From positions 128,030,001-128,094,000 of the forward strand of contig OZ024741.1 in the NCBI GenBank assembly GCA_964016885.1: a stretch of 64,000 nucleotides of DNA. Direction: 5' to 3'. This stretch comes from Eledone cirrhosa. Taxonomy: Eukaryota. The first letter of the stretch is position 1. Each line of letters begins with the position of its first letter. A program made the position numbers and the translations under genes. Under the pieces are notes generated by a model, which saw only the letters and a list, made by a program, of their open reading frames with translations, did not search any database and was not told the origin of the DNA. Of this stretch, positions 1-13,294 are shown piece after piece.

Positions 1-447
1 AGGAGGCCACTCACACAATAGAAAATAGCCCTAGCCTGAACAGAAAACACGATTGTAATAGTAACACTCCGCAACTTAATCACTGAAGACGGAATAGAAA
101 AAAAAAGACACAAACAGTAAAACAGCAAACAATAAAAACCCCTATACACATAAAACACACATAGACATGACAAACACAAAAAACACATATACACACATAG
201 AAACGCAGAGACAAAACACGAAAAACTCTCTACAAAACAAAGACAAGATAGTACAGGAGTTTAAGACTAGGATAAAGACGAGGCACAAAACAGACAGTCA
301 TTGAGGAGGTCACAAATGTGTGTCGAAAGAACTTTGACAAATGAATGAGTAACGAACAATAAAAATAAAGTTAAAATTAAAATTATATGGTGGGTGTGTT
401 TCTTTCTATTGGCAATATTGGCAACATGACCATTCCCAAATATAACA

Positions 448-449
<2 letters not shown>
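1..449 (+). mobile_element. 3' end of a Penelope-like element (family A relative): GIY-YIG C-terminus, pLTR with degenerate HHR, ending at (TA)n
   Basis: Frame from nt 3 reads EATHTIENSPSLNRKHDCNSN, similar to EAININELQPKLNRKHEWNSN at the end of the 59069 ORF. 297-338 is gtca-TTGAGGA-ggtcacaaatgtgtgtc-GAAA-gaac-TT-tgac. The tail (ggcaacatgacc..cccaaa.tataacaat) matches 17290-17320. Confidence 0.75.
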
Positions 450-479
<30 letters not shown>

Positions 480-487
480 TATATATG

Positions 488-575
<88 letters not shown>

Positions 576-840
576 TGTGTGTGTGGGTGTCCCTCTGCAT
601 ATATATATATATATATATATAATTATATTATAATTATATTATGTATGTATAAATATATGCAGAGGGGGAGATACACACTCACTGAGATAGATAGTGAGTG
701 AGTGTGTGTATGAAAGAGAGAGAGAGAGAGAGGGTGGGAGAGGGAGAGAGAGAGAGAGTGTGACACTATTGTTAGTAACTGTTGAAATAAATATAAATTA
801 GAATATAAAGTAAAGATTCAGACTAAATTTAACGACGTTC

Positions 841-908
841 ATAACAACAACAACATCTACAACAATAACAGCAGCAGTAGCCAAAACAACAGCAATAACA
901 ACAACTGT

Positions 909-943
<35 letters not shown>

Positions 944-966
944 CGACGACGACGACGACGACGACG

Positions 967-1035
<69 letters not shown>

Positions 1036-1757
1036 GCAGTAACGACAGCAGCAACAACAACAACAACAGTAACAACAGCAGCAGCAACAACAACAGCAGT
1101 AACGACAGCAGCAACAACAACAACAACAGTAACAACAGCAGCAGCAACAACAACAGCAGTAACGACAGCAGCAACAACAACAACAACAGTAACAACAGCA
1201 GCAGCAACAACAACAACAGCAGTAACAACAGCAGTAACAACAACAGCAGCAGCAACAACAACAACAGTAACAGCAGCAGCAACAACAACAACAGTAACAA
1301 CAGCAGCAACAGCAACAAACGCTACAGTAGGAAGAAGAACAACAAAAATAAAAATAACAACAACAGCTGCAGCAATAGCAATAACAACAATAGCAACTGC
1401 AGCAACAACAACAACAACAGCAGCAACAACAGAAACTACAGTAATAACAACATCAACAATAACAACAACAACAGCATCATCAATGACACCATCAACAACA
1501 TCAACAATAACAGCACCAGCAGCAACAACAGCAATAACAACAACAGTAACAACAACAACAACAACAGCAAAAACAATAACAATAACAACAATAACAACAA
1601 CAACAACAACAGCAGCAATAACAACAACAACAACAGAAACTGCAACAATAACAACAATAACAACAACAACAACAATAACAACAATAACAACACTAACAAC
1701 AACAACAACAACAACAGCAACAGAAACTACAGCAATGACAACAATAAGAACAACAGT
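841..1757. repeat. (AAC/AGC/AAT)n trinucleotide-variant array with a 60-bp higher-order repeat
   Basis: Direct reading. Lines 1081 and 1141 are identical 60-mers. Confidence 0.95.
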
Positions 1758-2114
1758 TATACAGAGAAAAGACTACATCGATTATAGATCTGTCAATACA
1801 ATAGCTGTTTACTAGAGTTGTGTGACAGACAGTGTGTCTGTGTCACTAGTAAATAATTAGACACAGCCAATCAATAAAGCTTAACAATCTTTACTATATC
1901 TCTCACTCTCTCACTCTCACTCACTCTCTCTCTCAAACTATCTCTCCTTCTCTCACTCTCTCTTTACCACTCACTCTCTTTCTCACTCTCACTCCCACTC
2001 ACTCACACACTCTCTCACTCCTCTCTATCTTTCTCTATTTCTCTCCGTCTCTAACTATCTATCACTCACTCACTCACTATATCTCTCTCTATCAGTCATT
2101 CACTCACACACACA

Positions 2115-2159
<45 letters not shown>

Positions 2160-2189
2160 CCCATCTCTCTCATTTTCACGCCCATTGAA

Positions 2190-2530
2190 AACAATGTGTT
2201 CGTATATGTTGGACTTCCGTCCGTTCCGACGACGAGTGTTCCAATGATTCGAACAACTGAACAGCCTACTCGTGAAATGAATATGCATGTGGTCGAGTAT
2301 TCTACAGATACGTGCACCTTTAAAGTTGTTATCAGGGAGATTCAGCGAAACTGACTGTAATAATGTAGGTCTTTTGAATTATATATACAACTCATTTTTG
2401 ATAGCTGAGTGGATTGGAGCAATGAGAACGTAAAGTGACTTGCTCAAGAGCACAGCACACAGTCGGGAATCGAATCTCACAACCCTACCACCATGAGCCA
2501 AACAGGATAACCACCAAGCCGCACGCGATT
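2190..2530 (-). mobile_element. tRNA-derived SINE, second family, degenerate
   Basis: The minus strand has an A-box-like ggcttggtggtt and a B-box-like gattcgattccc, followed by gtgctcttgagcaagtcacttta. Related pieces lie near 42875, 46275, 48910-49220 and 49755. Confidence 0.6.
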
Positions 2531-2621
2531 GAAAACTTTGTACACTCATACAAACATCTACAAACACAGACCTACAGTCGAGCATTCAGCTATAAATGCT
2601 TAAGTGTCTACATTATATATA

Positions 2622-3181
2622 CTAGCAGAAAAACCTCCCTTAGGGTGGTTTTCTGCTACCATATGTAGTGTGAATATTGATATTATACGCAAATATACAT
2701 GCATGTAGATATGATACGTCGAATAAAATCAATAAGCACAGAAATTGAAGAGAGGCTGTGTTACACTCTCTTTGGTCATCAGTAAAGTAATCCATGATAC
2801 ATTTAAAAAAGACGATATTATATATAAACTGCATTACGATGAAATGTAATGAAAACAAAAAAGGAGAAAATTAGCGACGGAAATATAAACCTTATATAAC
2901 GATACAAATATATTAACGTGTATATAAGCGATATAACATAGCGTACGTTATATCATAACCGGAAGTATTGACATTTGAACATTTTTGAAAAAGTGAATCT
3001 TAAAACAAGCAATCATTATATATAAGAATATTTATGTTTAATCAACAGCTACGAAATTTAGTACATAAATTATGTAATATTCATTCATTATTTATTCAAA
3101 GTAATCCAACTTATTTTACTAACGGCATAAAAAAATATATTCGGGACACAGTCCCGCACTCGTCCCTTTATTATATTATGA
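2622..3181 (-). mobile_element. Non-autonomous Helitron-like element
   Basis: The minus strand begins a|TCataatataataaag and ends with a hairpin (gcagaaaaccaccc..gggaggtttttctgc) plus CTAG|t. Homologous to 35381-35850. Confidence 0.7.
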
Positions 3182-3199
3182 TGTAAATATCTAGGCAGA

Positions 3200-3480
3200 G
3201 CCGCTACTTCTGCTAATTGAGAGATCACAGCTCCGATACTATAGGCATGTGGTTAGAATGTCACAGGAAAGAATCGCTGGACAGATATTTACGGGCACAA
3301 CCAACTGGCAGGAGACCCAGGGGTAGACTCCGGGCAAGATGGTTGGATACCATCCATGAGCTTGGCTGGTCACGCTTGGGGATCCAGCCGGATCAGTTGC
3401 AGACAGTTGCTTCTGACAGGACCTGCTGGAATGAGTGTTTGAGGACTCTTCCATTACAACCCTCTCAGTAGTAACAATGA
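3200..3480 (+). mobile_element. RTE-clade LINE 3' fragment with a (GTA)n/(GAA)n tail
   Basis: PTGRRPRGRLRARWLDTI...DRTCW is the typical RTE C-terminal motif. Confidence 0.75.
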
Positions 3481-3519
<39 letters not shown>

Positions 3520-3639
3520 AAGAAGAAGAAGAGGAAGAAGGAGAAGAAGAAGAAGAAGAAGAAGAAGAAGAAGAAGAAGAAGAAGAAGAAGAAGAAGAAG
3601 AAAGTGAGATGATAGGGGAGGGCGTTATTTCCATAATTA

Positions 3640-3838
3640 TTATTTTATAATAATTTCTGATTTAGGCACAAGGACAACAATTTGGGGGAGAGGAAAGTTG
3701 ATTAAATCGACCCCAGCGCGTTACTGGTGCTTTATTTTATCAACTCCATATGGATGAAAAACAAAGCTAACCTCGGCGTATCTCTAGGATGCGATGCATG
3801 GTGTCCGACGCTCTACCGATACTGTCAATCTGCTACCC
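3640..3838 (-). mobile_element. tRNA-derived SINE (main family, Nin-domain-like core)
   Basis: Reverse complement resembles the copies at 24738 and 59745. Confidence 0.75.
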
Positions 3839-4464
3839 TGTTTCCATTAGTTATAATGCTAATTGGCAATACAGTTGATAGGCTGCTATTTATTTTTTTC
3901 CAACAAAATGAATACTCATATGATAGTAAGTGGAATATGTGAATTGATACAAAATGTAGAGAAACAAATCTTCCGTTTCAAAATTTTCTTAATTCGGAAA
4001 ACGAAAGGAAAGGCAAGGGCTATAGTGTCATAGAAGAATGGGGAGGAGAGGGCTGGGCTTTGGGCTTAGGGTGCGGCGGTTTTGAGGCTGCGCCCTGCGG
4101 ACTTGACCGCAAAAGCATTCCCGCCGACAAATGGTAAATTCCGTTTTTTCCCATTTTATTGTATTTTATGGATAAATTGTAATAAATTGTACTATCGATA
4201 TTATTTAAACAGGGACAAATTACCAAGTTTTTTGAAAATATTAGTCATGAAAATTGTTGTGCCGCGAGCAATTTGCGGATTACATGTGGCCCGCGAGCTA
4301 CGTGTTTGAGACTCTTTTATTGAAATATGTTAGCTGTGAAGATTTGCCTGATGTTTTCAAATATTTTTGTAATCTCATTAAACAAATACTCTTTCCACTA
4401 TAACATTGTGAGTGAAATATGATTGGAAGGAACTATGCAGAAGCCCGTTCTATATATGTATATG

Positions 4465-4496
<32 letters not shown>

Positions 4497-4546
4497 TGTA
4501 TGTATGTATGTATGTATGTATGTATGTATGTATGTATGTATGTATG

Positions 4547-5636
4547 TCAGGTCACCAGTTGGTGCTACTGGTAACATGTATCCCAGTACAATCTGTCTCA
4601 TGGTCGGGTCGTTGGCGACTAAACTGGCAACCCCACCAAGGTTTCTTGGTGAGGAGGGTGACTGGACATCCTGCAGGACTAAAAACAAAACCTGTCAAAA
4701 GGCAAAGGAACTGTTAAGAGTCAATGGCCATCCAAAATCACCGGGAGAGATGACCCCTTACCCTTTGTCAAGGCAGAATTCTAGGAGAAGGAAAACTCTG
4801 ATATAACACCTGCAACCCTGATGGTATCCAATGATGTTGACTTGTTCTTCTTTTTGGTAAATATCATCTTGGTTAAGAGAGTGAGACTGGCTTTGTGCAG
4901 TGCCTTTGCTCACTATAAAAGCTTCACGGCACAGGCATTGCTTTATATCTGGAGATCTCTCTGCACTTGTCGTCACATGGTACCATGGGCCCAGCACTAT
5001 GTGTCAATAATTGTCACAAGTGTAATGTTTGTACCAGAGTTTTCAAGTCACTGGCAGGACTAAAAAGTCACACTCGTTCAGCGCATCGGTAGGGGTTCTT
5101 ATACATGGATATAAAGTAGTGGCCGTACTCGAAAACGAGTTGGCAGCCACCATGTATGTATGTATGTATGTATGTATGTATGTATGTATGTATGTATGTA
5201 TGTATGTATGTATGTATATATCCGGGAGAGATGACCCCTTACCCTTTGTCAAGGCAGAATTCTAGGAGAAGGAAAACTCTGATATAACACCTGCAACCCT
5301 GATGGTATCCAATGATGTTGACTTGTTCTTCTTTTTGGTAAATATCATCTTGGTTAAGAGAGTGAGACTGGCTTTGTGCAGTGCCTTTGCTCACTATAAA
5401 AGCTTCACGGCACAGGCATTGCTTTATATCTGGAGATCTCTCTGCACTTGTCGTCACATGGTACCATGGGCCCAGCACTATGTGTCAATAATTGTCACAA
5501 GTGTAATGTTTGTACCAGAGTTTTCAAGTCACTGGCAGGACTAAAAAGTCACACTCGTTCAGCGCATCGGTAGGGGTTCTTATACATGGATATAAAGTAG
5601 TGGCCGTACTCGAAAACGAGTTGGCAGCCACCACCA
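4547..5636 (+). mobile_element. Non-coding retroelement family H (RTE 5'UTR-like, (TATG)n tail), one long copy plus a tandem partial copy at 481-bp period
   Basis: 4742-5152 is repeated at 5222-5636. Each copy ends gcagccacc+(ATGT)n. Other copies lie at 14231-14552 (+), 30518-31112 (-) and, diverged, 6316-6670. Confidence 0.75.
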
Positions 5637-5750
5637 TGTATGTTTGTATGTATGTATGTATGTATGTATGTATGTATGTATGTATGTATGTATGTATGTA
5701 TGTATGTATTTATGTGTGTGTGTATATATATATGTATGTATTATGTATGT

Positions 5751-6241
5751 ATGTTCTTCTGGTTTTATAATTTCACAAAGTTTTACCAATAGAGAGAGAG
5801 AGTCGGTTTCTAACATAGACACAAAACTCTCTCATTGGAATTTACACAACATCAACTAGGTAGATATGTATGTATGCATGCATGTGTAGATATGGATGTT
5901 ATTGTATGTGTAGATGTGTATGTTTTGAGTTGTATGTGTGCATGTGTATATGCTTTGTATCTGTACATGTGTATATGCAGTTATTAGATGCAAAATCTTT
6001 GGAATGTTTTACATATTTTTACTGTTCCATTAATGGATTGTACTTGTAGTTTCCTAACTAGTTGTGTTCTTTCTGTTCCTGTGAAGCCTAGCTTCTCAAG
6101 ATTTGTATTGAGGCAGTTACTAACATATCCCAGTGCCCCAATAATCACAGGCATAAATCTGAAGGTGTAATCAGGGTGGAGTATCTGCAGATTTCTCATC
6201 AGTTCTGCATAAATATTCTCCTTTTCACTAATCTTTGATAT

Positions 6242-6245
<4 letters not shown>
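5751..6245 (-). mobile_element. R4/Dong-like LINE 3' end (restriction-like endonuclease C-terminus plus 3'UTR) inside (TATG)n
   Basis: [12 protein letters not shown]...FMPVIIGALGYV...KLQVQSINGTVKICK. Further copies lie at 19590-20000, 20163-20390 and 14080-14132. Confidence 0.75.
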
Positions 6246-6273
<28 letters not shown>

Positions 6274-6724
6274 TGTATGTATGTATGTATGTATGTATGT
6301 ATGTATGTATGTATATTCGCGGGGACATAGAAATAGTCGGGCTGGACACCCGATCGCGCAGTTAAAAAAGTGGGAGTGAAGGACCCCTAGCCTTTGTCAG
6401 GACATTCTTCTAGGAGAAGGCAACTCAGGAAACTGGGATAACTCCGATATAAAACCTGCGGCTCAGTAGTTACCGATGATGTTGATCTTTTCTTCTTTTC
6501 GTGTTATAGCTACTGTCGCTCAGAGAGTGGGATTGGCTCAGTGCACTGTCTTTCCTCACTTTAAAAAATATCTTCACGCACAGGCATTGCATGATAGAAT
6601 TAATTAATAATTATTAATAATGGTATATCATGCAATGGCCATATTTGATAACGAGGGGGCAGCCATCATCATGTATGTATCTATGTATGCATATAAATAT
6701 ATATATATATATATATATATGTAA

Positions 6725-7400
6725 AAGTTCTATTTAAATTGTTGGGATACAACAAGCAAATATTTTTATAACTGATATAAAGCACTCAACAAATATATAT
6801 TTATATATTATATATATGTATTTTTGCGTGTGTATACGTGTTATATAATATATAGATCTTTAACAATATAGTCTTAATAATAATATATAGATTTCTTAAT
6901 ATATAGATCCCAATTTTTAATGTATTGATCTCAATATTTAACTGATTAACTAAACATCTAATCATATTTAAACAATGGTTAAATTTCTCATATTATATAT
7001 GTATATTCCATTCATGATTATTAACATTTCTAATTTTATTTATTCATTTCATCTCAAAAGTTAAGATAACTCAACAAGATATGACTTAGAGTTTTCGTTC
7101 TCTCTCCTTTCTCTGTATCCTCTCTTTCTATCTTTTTCTCTCTGTTGTTCTGTTCTTTCTCTCTCTTTCTCTTTCTCCGTAACCCAACGGCTTATTTAAA
7201 AATATCTAACTTACCTAATAATAATATAATTAAAGTTATAACACCACTATCCGGGAGCTTCCAACAGTAATGGTTGCATTCTTTAAGGGTATGTCAATAT
7301 TTATTTATAAAACTGCTCTATATTATATTTTATCTGATGAAACACACCATAATTTAACTTGGTGTCCTTGATATATGTATAATGAAATAAATATGGTTTT
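6725..7400 (+). mobile_element. PLE pLTR remnant (family E) with an inverted tail and a mutated HHR at 7326-7389
   Basis: 7180-7400 aligns with 55135-55380, and 6730-6795 aligns with 50715-50780. In the HHR, GAAA has become GATA. Confidence 0.75.
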
Positions 7401-7449
7401 ATATATATATATATATATAGTATAAAAAAACGAAAAATACATATATATA

Positions 7450-8600
7450 TATAGAGAGAGAAAAGATGAATATAAAATGAAAGTGCTTTTATAAAGGAAT
7501 TTATTAGGTATTGACATATGTTTCTGTAACAGACGGAATACCTATGTATCGCTGCTTGCGTAATCTTATATTAGCACGTAATCGATAGCAAATGTATAAT
7601 CAGTTGTCACTTTTTCAGAGATATTGGATAAATTGGAAAAAATCAGAAAAATCAGAGTATTTATATTAGTTGTAAGAAAGGAAGAGGAGAGGGGAAAGTA
7701 TATGACAGATGGCAATTCAATTTGCTGGTAAACAAGTGTATAGAAGGTTTTTAATGAGAACACAATGTGTATATGACTTATTTTATCTAAATAAGAATTT
7801 TTGGGAGTGCCGATTTTAATTTATATTTGACCAGTTGAACAATGGAAAGGGCTGGTGGTTTGGTGTAGTAGTATTAATACAGATATAAGGTGTCAAGTAA
7901 GGAAGAGAGATTTTCACTGCTACTGTATAACAACAATGCTGGTAGCCTGCTGGTATATGCTTTAGGGAATTGAATTGAGAAATCTTATTTTATCTATAGC
8001 ATTTTATATTAAATGATAAAGAATAGAAGTGTTGATAGAATCAAAACTAATAGAGAATCAATCAAAGAGATGGAGACAGACGTTCAATCCTGGTAGCGTT
8101 TGTAATATGAAAATGTAGATTTCAAGCGATGGTTACAGTATAACGATCGCTCTATTCTGTTATTTAATAAAATATTTTTGGATTTCATAATACAAAATAT
8201 TTCCATAATACACAATCTACAAGATTTCTGTCCTTGGAATTATGCAGGGGCAATTACTATTATATCCCATTTTAGGTTAAATTGTTGGTTATTTTCGCGT
8301 AGCTGCCAAGCCTTGTCTGCGTGTGTTGTTAAATAACGCTGGTTTTCATGTTTTATCGAGTAGCGATGTCTATAAAGCCGAGATTTGAAGGAGGTAGCTG
8401 TAGACCCCACATAGTACCACTTCTGGCTATCCGATTCGATAGTACATTTGTATATGATGTTGCGTTCAAGACACTGATTATTCAACGGACACATTCCTGG
8501 TTGGACACAGTTACAGTTATAATTATGCGGTGTTGTAATGCCATGGATGGGTTGATGAGGTTGCTTAGGCAGGTGAGGATGTTGTTTGTTGTTTTGTGAT
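7450..8600 (-). mobile_element. Hydra-like PLE 3' fragment: CxCx5Cx5C linker, GIY-YIG pseudogene (about 8090-8600) and 3'UTR
   Basis: NCNCVQPGMCPLNNQCLERNIIYKC...YYVGSTATSFKSRLYRH...LKWDII...*..CRLCIME. Homologous to 52640-53062. Confidence 0.85.
7509..7623 (-). ncRNA. Degenerate long-stem-II hammerhead motif in the PLE 3'UTR
   Basis: CTGAAAA-a-gtgaca...tgttac-a-GAAA-catatg-TC-aata. Stem III is palindromic, core G8 is mutated and stem I is weak. Confidence 0.4.
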
Positions 8601-8797
8601 GTTAACCTCGGCGGGATTTGAACTCAAACCGTAAAAAAACGTAACTAGAAAGCATGACGTCCAACCCTCTACCGATACTGCCAAATCGCCGAATACATAT
8701 ATACATACATATATATATATATACTGTTTGTTGTTTTGTGATGTTATATATATATATATATATATTTTGTGATGTTATATATATATATTTTGTGATG

Positions 8798-9056
<259 letters not shown>

Positions 9057-9114
9057 CATCACAAAACAATAAACAGTATATATATATATATATATATGTA
9101 TGTATATATGTATT

Positions 9115-9298
9115 CGGCGATTTGGCAGTATCGGTAGAGGGTTGGACGTCATGCTTTCTAGTTACGTTTTTTTACGGTTTGAGTTCAAATCCCGCCGAGT
9201 TTAACTTTGCCTTTCATCCTTACGGGGTCGATAAAATAAAGTACCAGTAATGTACTGGGTAATTGCTGGCCTTGTGCCAAAAGTAGAAATAATTATTA
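9115..9298 (+). mobile_element. tRNA-derived SINE, with an inverted partial copy at 8601-8690
   Basis: A box tggcagtatcgg, B box gagttcaaatcc, core gcctttcatccttacggggtcgataaaataaagtaccag. Confidence 0.85.
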
Positions 9299-9764
9299 GG
9301 TAACATAAATCTACACAGTACTCACTCATGTATTGCGTGACAATTTCCTGACAATGAAATATTTTCGTGACGAATATAGAACACACACACATACACTCCC
9401 CTCCTATATATATATATATATGTTTCAGTGATTAAGCAATAGTATTTCTAATATTTAATAAATAAATAAATAAGCAAAACGCTTCATGCTATAATTTCGT
9501 CTTAAAATAAATTAGGCTGTTCGACATAGTTGACGTCTCTTATTCGCTATTTAATTCAGCTACAATATAAAAACTGGAAAATGATATTAAAATGACAACT
9601 AGAAAAATAAAAATAAAAATAAAAATAAATGCAAAAGCTGTTTTTCATGCTCCAAACACCTTCATAATGCACTTAAATAAACATTTAAAAGGAATAATTT
9701 AGCTCAAACAATGTAAGGAATATGACATGTCAATATAAGATAGTCGTCAGTGATGTAATAAAGC

Positions 9765-10293
9765 TAATAATGGTTTGTGATTTAGGTACAAGGCCCACAA
9801 TATTTGAGGGAGGGGAAAGTCGATTAAATCAACCCCAGTGTTTTACAGATAAAATAAAACACCAGTAACGTACTGGTGTAGATTTAATCGACTTTCCCCT
9901 CCCCAAAATATTGTTGGCCAACAATTCTGAAGGGAGGGGAAAGTCGATTAAAACGACCCAGTTCATTACAGGTACATTATTTTATCGACACCGTAAGGAT
10001 GAAAGGCAAAGCTAACATCGGTGGAATTTGAATTCAGAACGTAAAGGGACATATCTATATGCCACAAAGTATGTTGTCGACGCTCTACCGATACTACCAA
10101 TAATAGTTGTTTCTACTTTTGGCACAAGGTCAGCAATTATCCAGTGCATTACTGGTACTTTATTTTATCGACCCCGTAAGGATGAAAGGTAAAGTCAACC
10201 TTGGTGGGATTTGAACTCAGACCGTAAAGGGCTGTAACTCTTTGCTGCAAAGCATGGCGTCCGACACTCCACCGATACTGCCAATCAACTGCC
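9765..10293 (-). mobile_element. Cluster of two SINE copies, the first with an internal fold-back
   Basis: Minus-strand SINE at 10105-10293. A second at about 9918-10100 is preceded by inverted and duplicated 3' pieces at 9765-9920. Confidence 0.75.
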
Positions 10294-10580
10294 AATAATA
10301 ATAATAACCCACACTCTGATTTAAAATTCGATCTAAACAAATTAACAAACCTTAAAAAAAAAAAACGACTACACTACGAAAACTCAAATAACGAACACAA
10401 AACAACTAATGAACATATAAATATTGAACATTTAATCGATCGAGATAAAACCAACGGATATAAAACAGATAAAGTAAGCAACAAAACCCAACAAACTCCA
10501 ACCCTAAAAGATATATAGAGTACTGAACAATAAAAACTGATTCAGGCCAACCACAGCCAAAATAGAAATGAAAGGAAATA

Positions 10581-11093
10581 TGAGGAGAAAGATGTAGGAC
10601 ATGGACATTAGAATTTCCACAGTCTGGGCAGCAATGAAGAAAATAGAAAGGTTATGGAAGTAAGATCTACCCAGAAAAATCAAAATATTCTTCTGAACAT
10701 CTGTTGTATGGATCAGATAGATGGACCCTGACACAAACACTTGAGAAGAAACTAGATGGTGCAGACACTAAAATGCTTAGGATTGTACAAAACATAAACT
10801 GGCGTCAATGTATTACAAATGAAAGTTTATATGGAACCTTGACCAGGATAACGACTACAATTGCTCAAAGACTGTTACGGCTTGCAAGACATTGCTAGGC
10901 AAGTCAGCAGGAAGTTATACACAAACTACTATTGTAAAAACCAACTGATTGGAGACGCAGTAGATGACCTGCTTGAGCCTTCATCGATCAACTCTCAGAC
11001 GATACAAACCTCAGTAGGGAGCAGTTGCTAGGAACAATGGAATTGTGAAGAGTCTTTGTCAGGAATGTCCGTCTGTGGTCATCATGGTGATGA
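10581..11093 (+). mobile_element. RTE/RTEX-like LINE 3' fragment nested in the R4-like LINE
   Basis: YGSDRWTLTQTLEKKLDGADTKMLR..NINW...ITNESLYG...RLRLARHC, with a short tga-repeat tail. Confidence 0.75.
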
Positions 11094-12975
11094 TTTTAAA
11101 AAGAAACACTGAAGACGGAATTTAGAACCATAATAGGATAAAGATGGAAATAATTCAAGATTTCCAAACAATAGAAGATCTCTCGATAGATAAAAGAATA
11201 CACCTTCCCAAGATAAAAAAAAAAATCAATGATGAAATGGCAACAATTATAAAACACGCTAAACCAGCCATCATAGATGTAATTAACACAAACAGAATCA
11301 TTAGTATCACAAGGCTAAATAATAATTTATGCAGCAGCCGCTGTTGTTACAAAATAAAGTGAGTGCACCTTTAGATCTACACAAACAAAAATTGCAAAAC
11401 CAACACAAACATGGAAATCAAAGATACAAAAAAGATAGAAAATAATAGGAAAATCCTATGAATCTTAAATGAAATAGGAAAGAAAACAATACGAGGAAAA
11501 GGAAGAAAATAAAAATATTAAAGAAATATAATATAACAGAAAGGGAAATCTTTAAACCTAAGGAAGGCCTAAAATAACAAATACTTGTAATGCACAAAGA
11601 ATCAGGAGATATGAAAAACGTCGTGTTTTGAACAAAACCAGCTATTTCACTCCAACCCCAAATAATTCTACCTAGAACTTAGTGGAAACAAAATAGAGAT
11701 AAATGTAGCCCTCAAAGTTAAAGAAGTGGAGGAGTTTGGGAGAAGATCGTGGGCAGCAGGGGAATCACGACGCACAGGAATAGTTAGAACAACAAACAGA
11801 GACCCTGAACAAATCTGGAAAGGCATCACACCAGAGGGAGTGTCTAACATGCTGAATTAGCAAACAACGAGAAGGCACCAGGATATGACAAAATTCTAAA
11901 TTTCTTGTTGGAATATCTAACAAACGACACATAGTGTACTTGAAAAGAGCTTAATAAGACGCTGACGGAGCCAGAAATGACACCCGACTGGCTCACTTAA
12001 GGAGAAATCGCCCTGATTCCCCAAAACTATAGATGTGTAATATGCCTTCCTACAACGTGCAAGACCTAACTGCAATAATATTACTGAAACTGACGAAGCC
12101 TTCAGAAACCACCCATAAAAAACTTGAGCAGAAGAGATGATGCAAAGGTTCGTATGGCTGTAAAGACCATATTAATCAACAACAGAGCCATAATAGAAAA
12201 CTGCAGAAAAAACAAATCTCAGCACGGCATGGAATGATTACCAGAAAGCTCTTGACAGTGTTCTCCATACGTGAATACTGAACACACAGACCATGAACAA
12301 AGTACGCCAACAATAAAAACATTCACCAAACATGTTACGAGCAAGTGCTAAACAGTTCTGCAGATACAAACGAGTGATGAATTTATAAAAAACTGAGCCC
12401 AACCCAATTAACAGAGGGATATTTCAAGGGAACTCCTTTTCACGACTATTTTCTGCTTAGCATTGACATCAGTAACTGAGATACATGACATGACTGGACT
12501 TGGTTGTAAATGCTACGGCAAGAAAATTAACCATTTCTTGTGCATAGACGATCAGACGAGAGAACTTAAAACGCTGTTGCAGATTCACAAAAGAAATAGG
12601 CATGAAATTTGGATTAGAAAAGAAAATTGCGCCAAGGCAACCCTGAAGAGAGGAAAACTAGTTGCAAATGCTAACATCACGCTAGATAAAGAAACTAAGA
12701 TAAAAGTATTAGATCAAACAGAGATATACAAATACTTAGAAATCAATGAACTAGACGAGTTTCTACACACAGAGATGAAAGAAAAGATTAGAAAGGAATA
12801 ATATAGACGGATTAGATTACTACTTAAGAGAGAAATAAATGCAAAGAATATGGTAAGACACAACAATACTCAAGTGATCCAAGTAATAAGCTACAGTTTT
12901 AACATTCTGAACTGGACATTAAAAGAACTAGCAGGACTATACAGTAAAACTAGAAAATAATGACTTCATTTAGAA

Positions 12976-13294
12976 CAGTGCTTCTCAAACTATCTGATGT
13001 GGCGGACCGGCATTTGTTTTTCAATGTGCCACGTACCGCTAATATTTCGTAGTAATATTAATTTATACCGGAAACGATATATATAATGAATATAATAATA
13101 GTTGACCATTTTTTATAATAATAGTTGACTATTTATTTTGTAAACAAATAATACAATATAAAAACATAATAAAAAAGTAATTAAAAAAATTACTCAAATG
13201 ATTCCTTAGCATGGCCTGGACACTGGCCGCGTACCGGTAGCTGATGGCTCGCGTACCGGCACCGGTCCGCGGACCACCACTTTGAGTAGCCCTG
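12976..13294. mobile_element. hAT-type MITE with an 8-bp target-site duplication
   Basis: TIRs CAGTGCTTCTCAAA / TTTGAGTAGCCCTG, with atttagaa on both sides. Confidence 0.9.

Noticed and set aside
4758-5544. Repeated 79-80 aa ORFs in family H copies
   Set aside because: No recognisable domain. They recur only because the repeat copies are near-identical.
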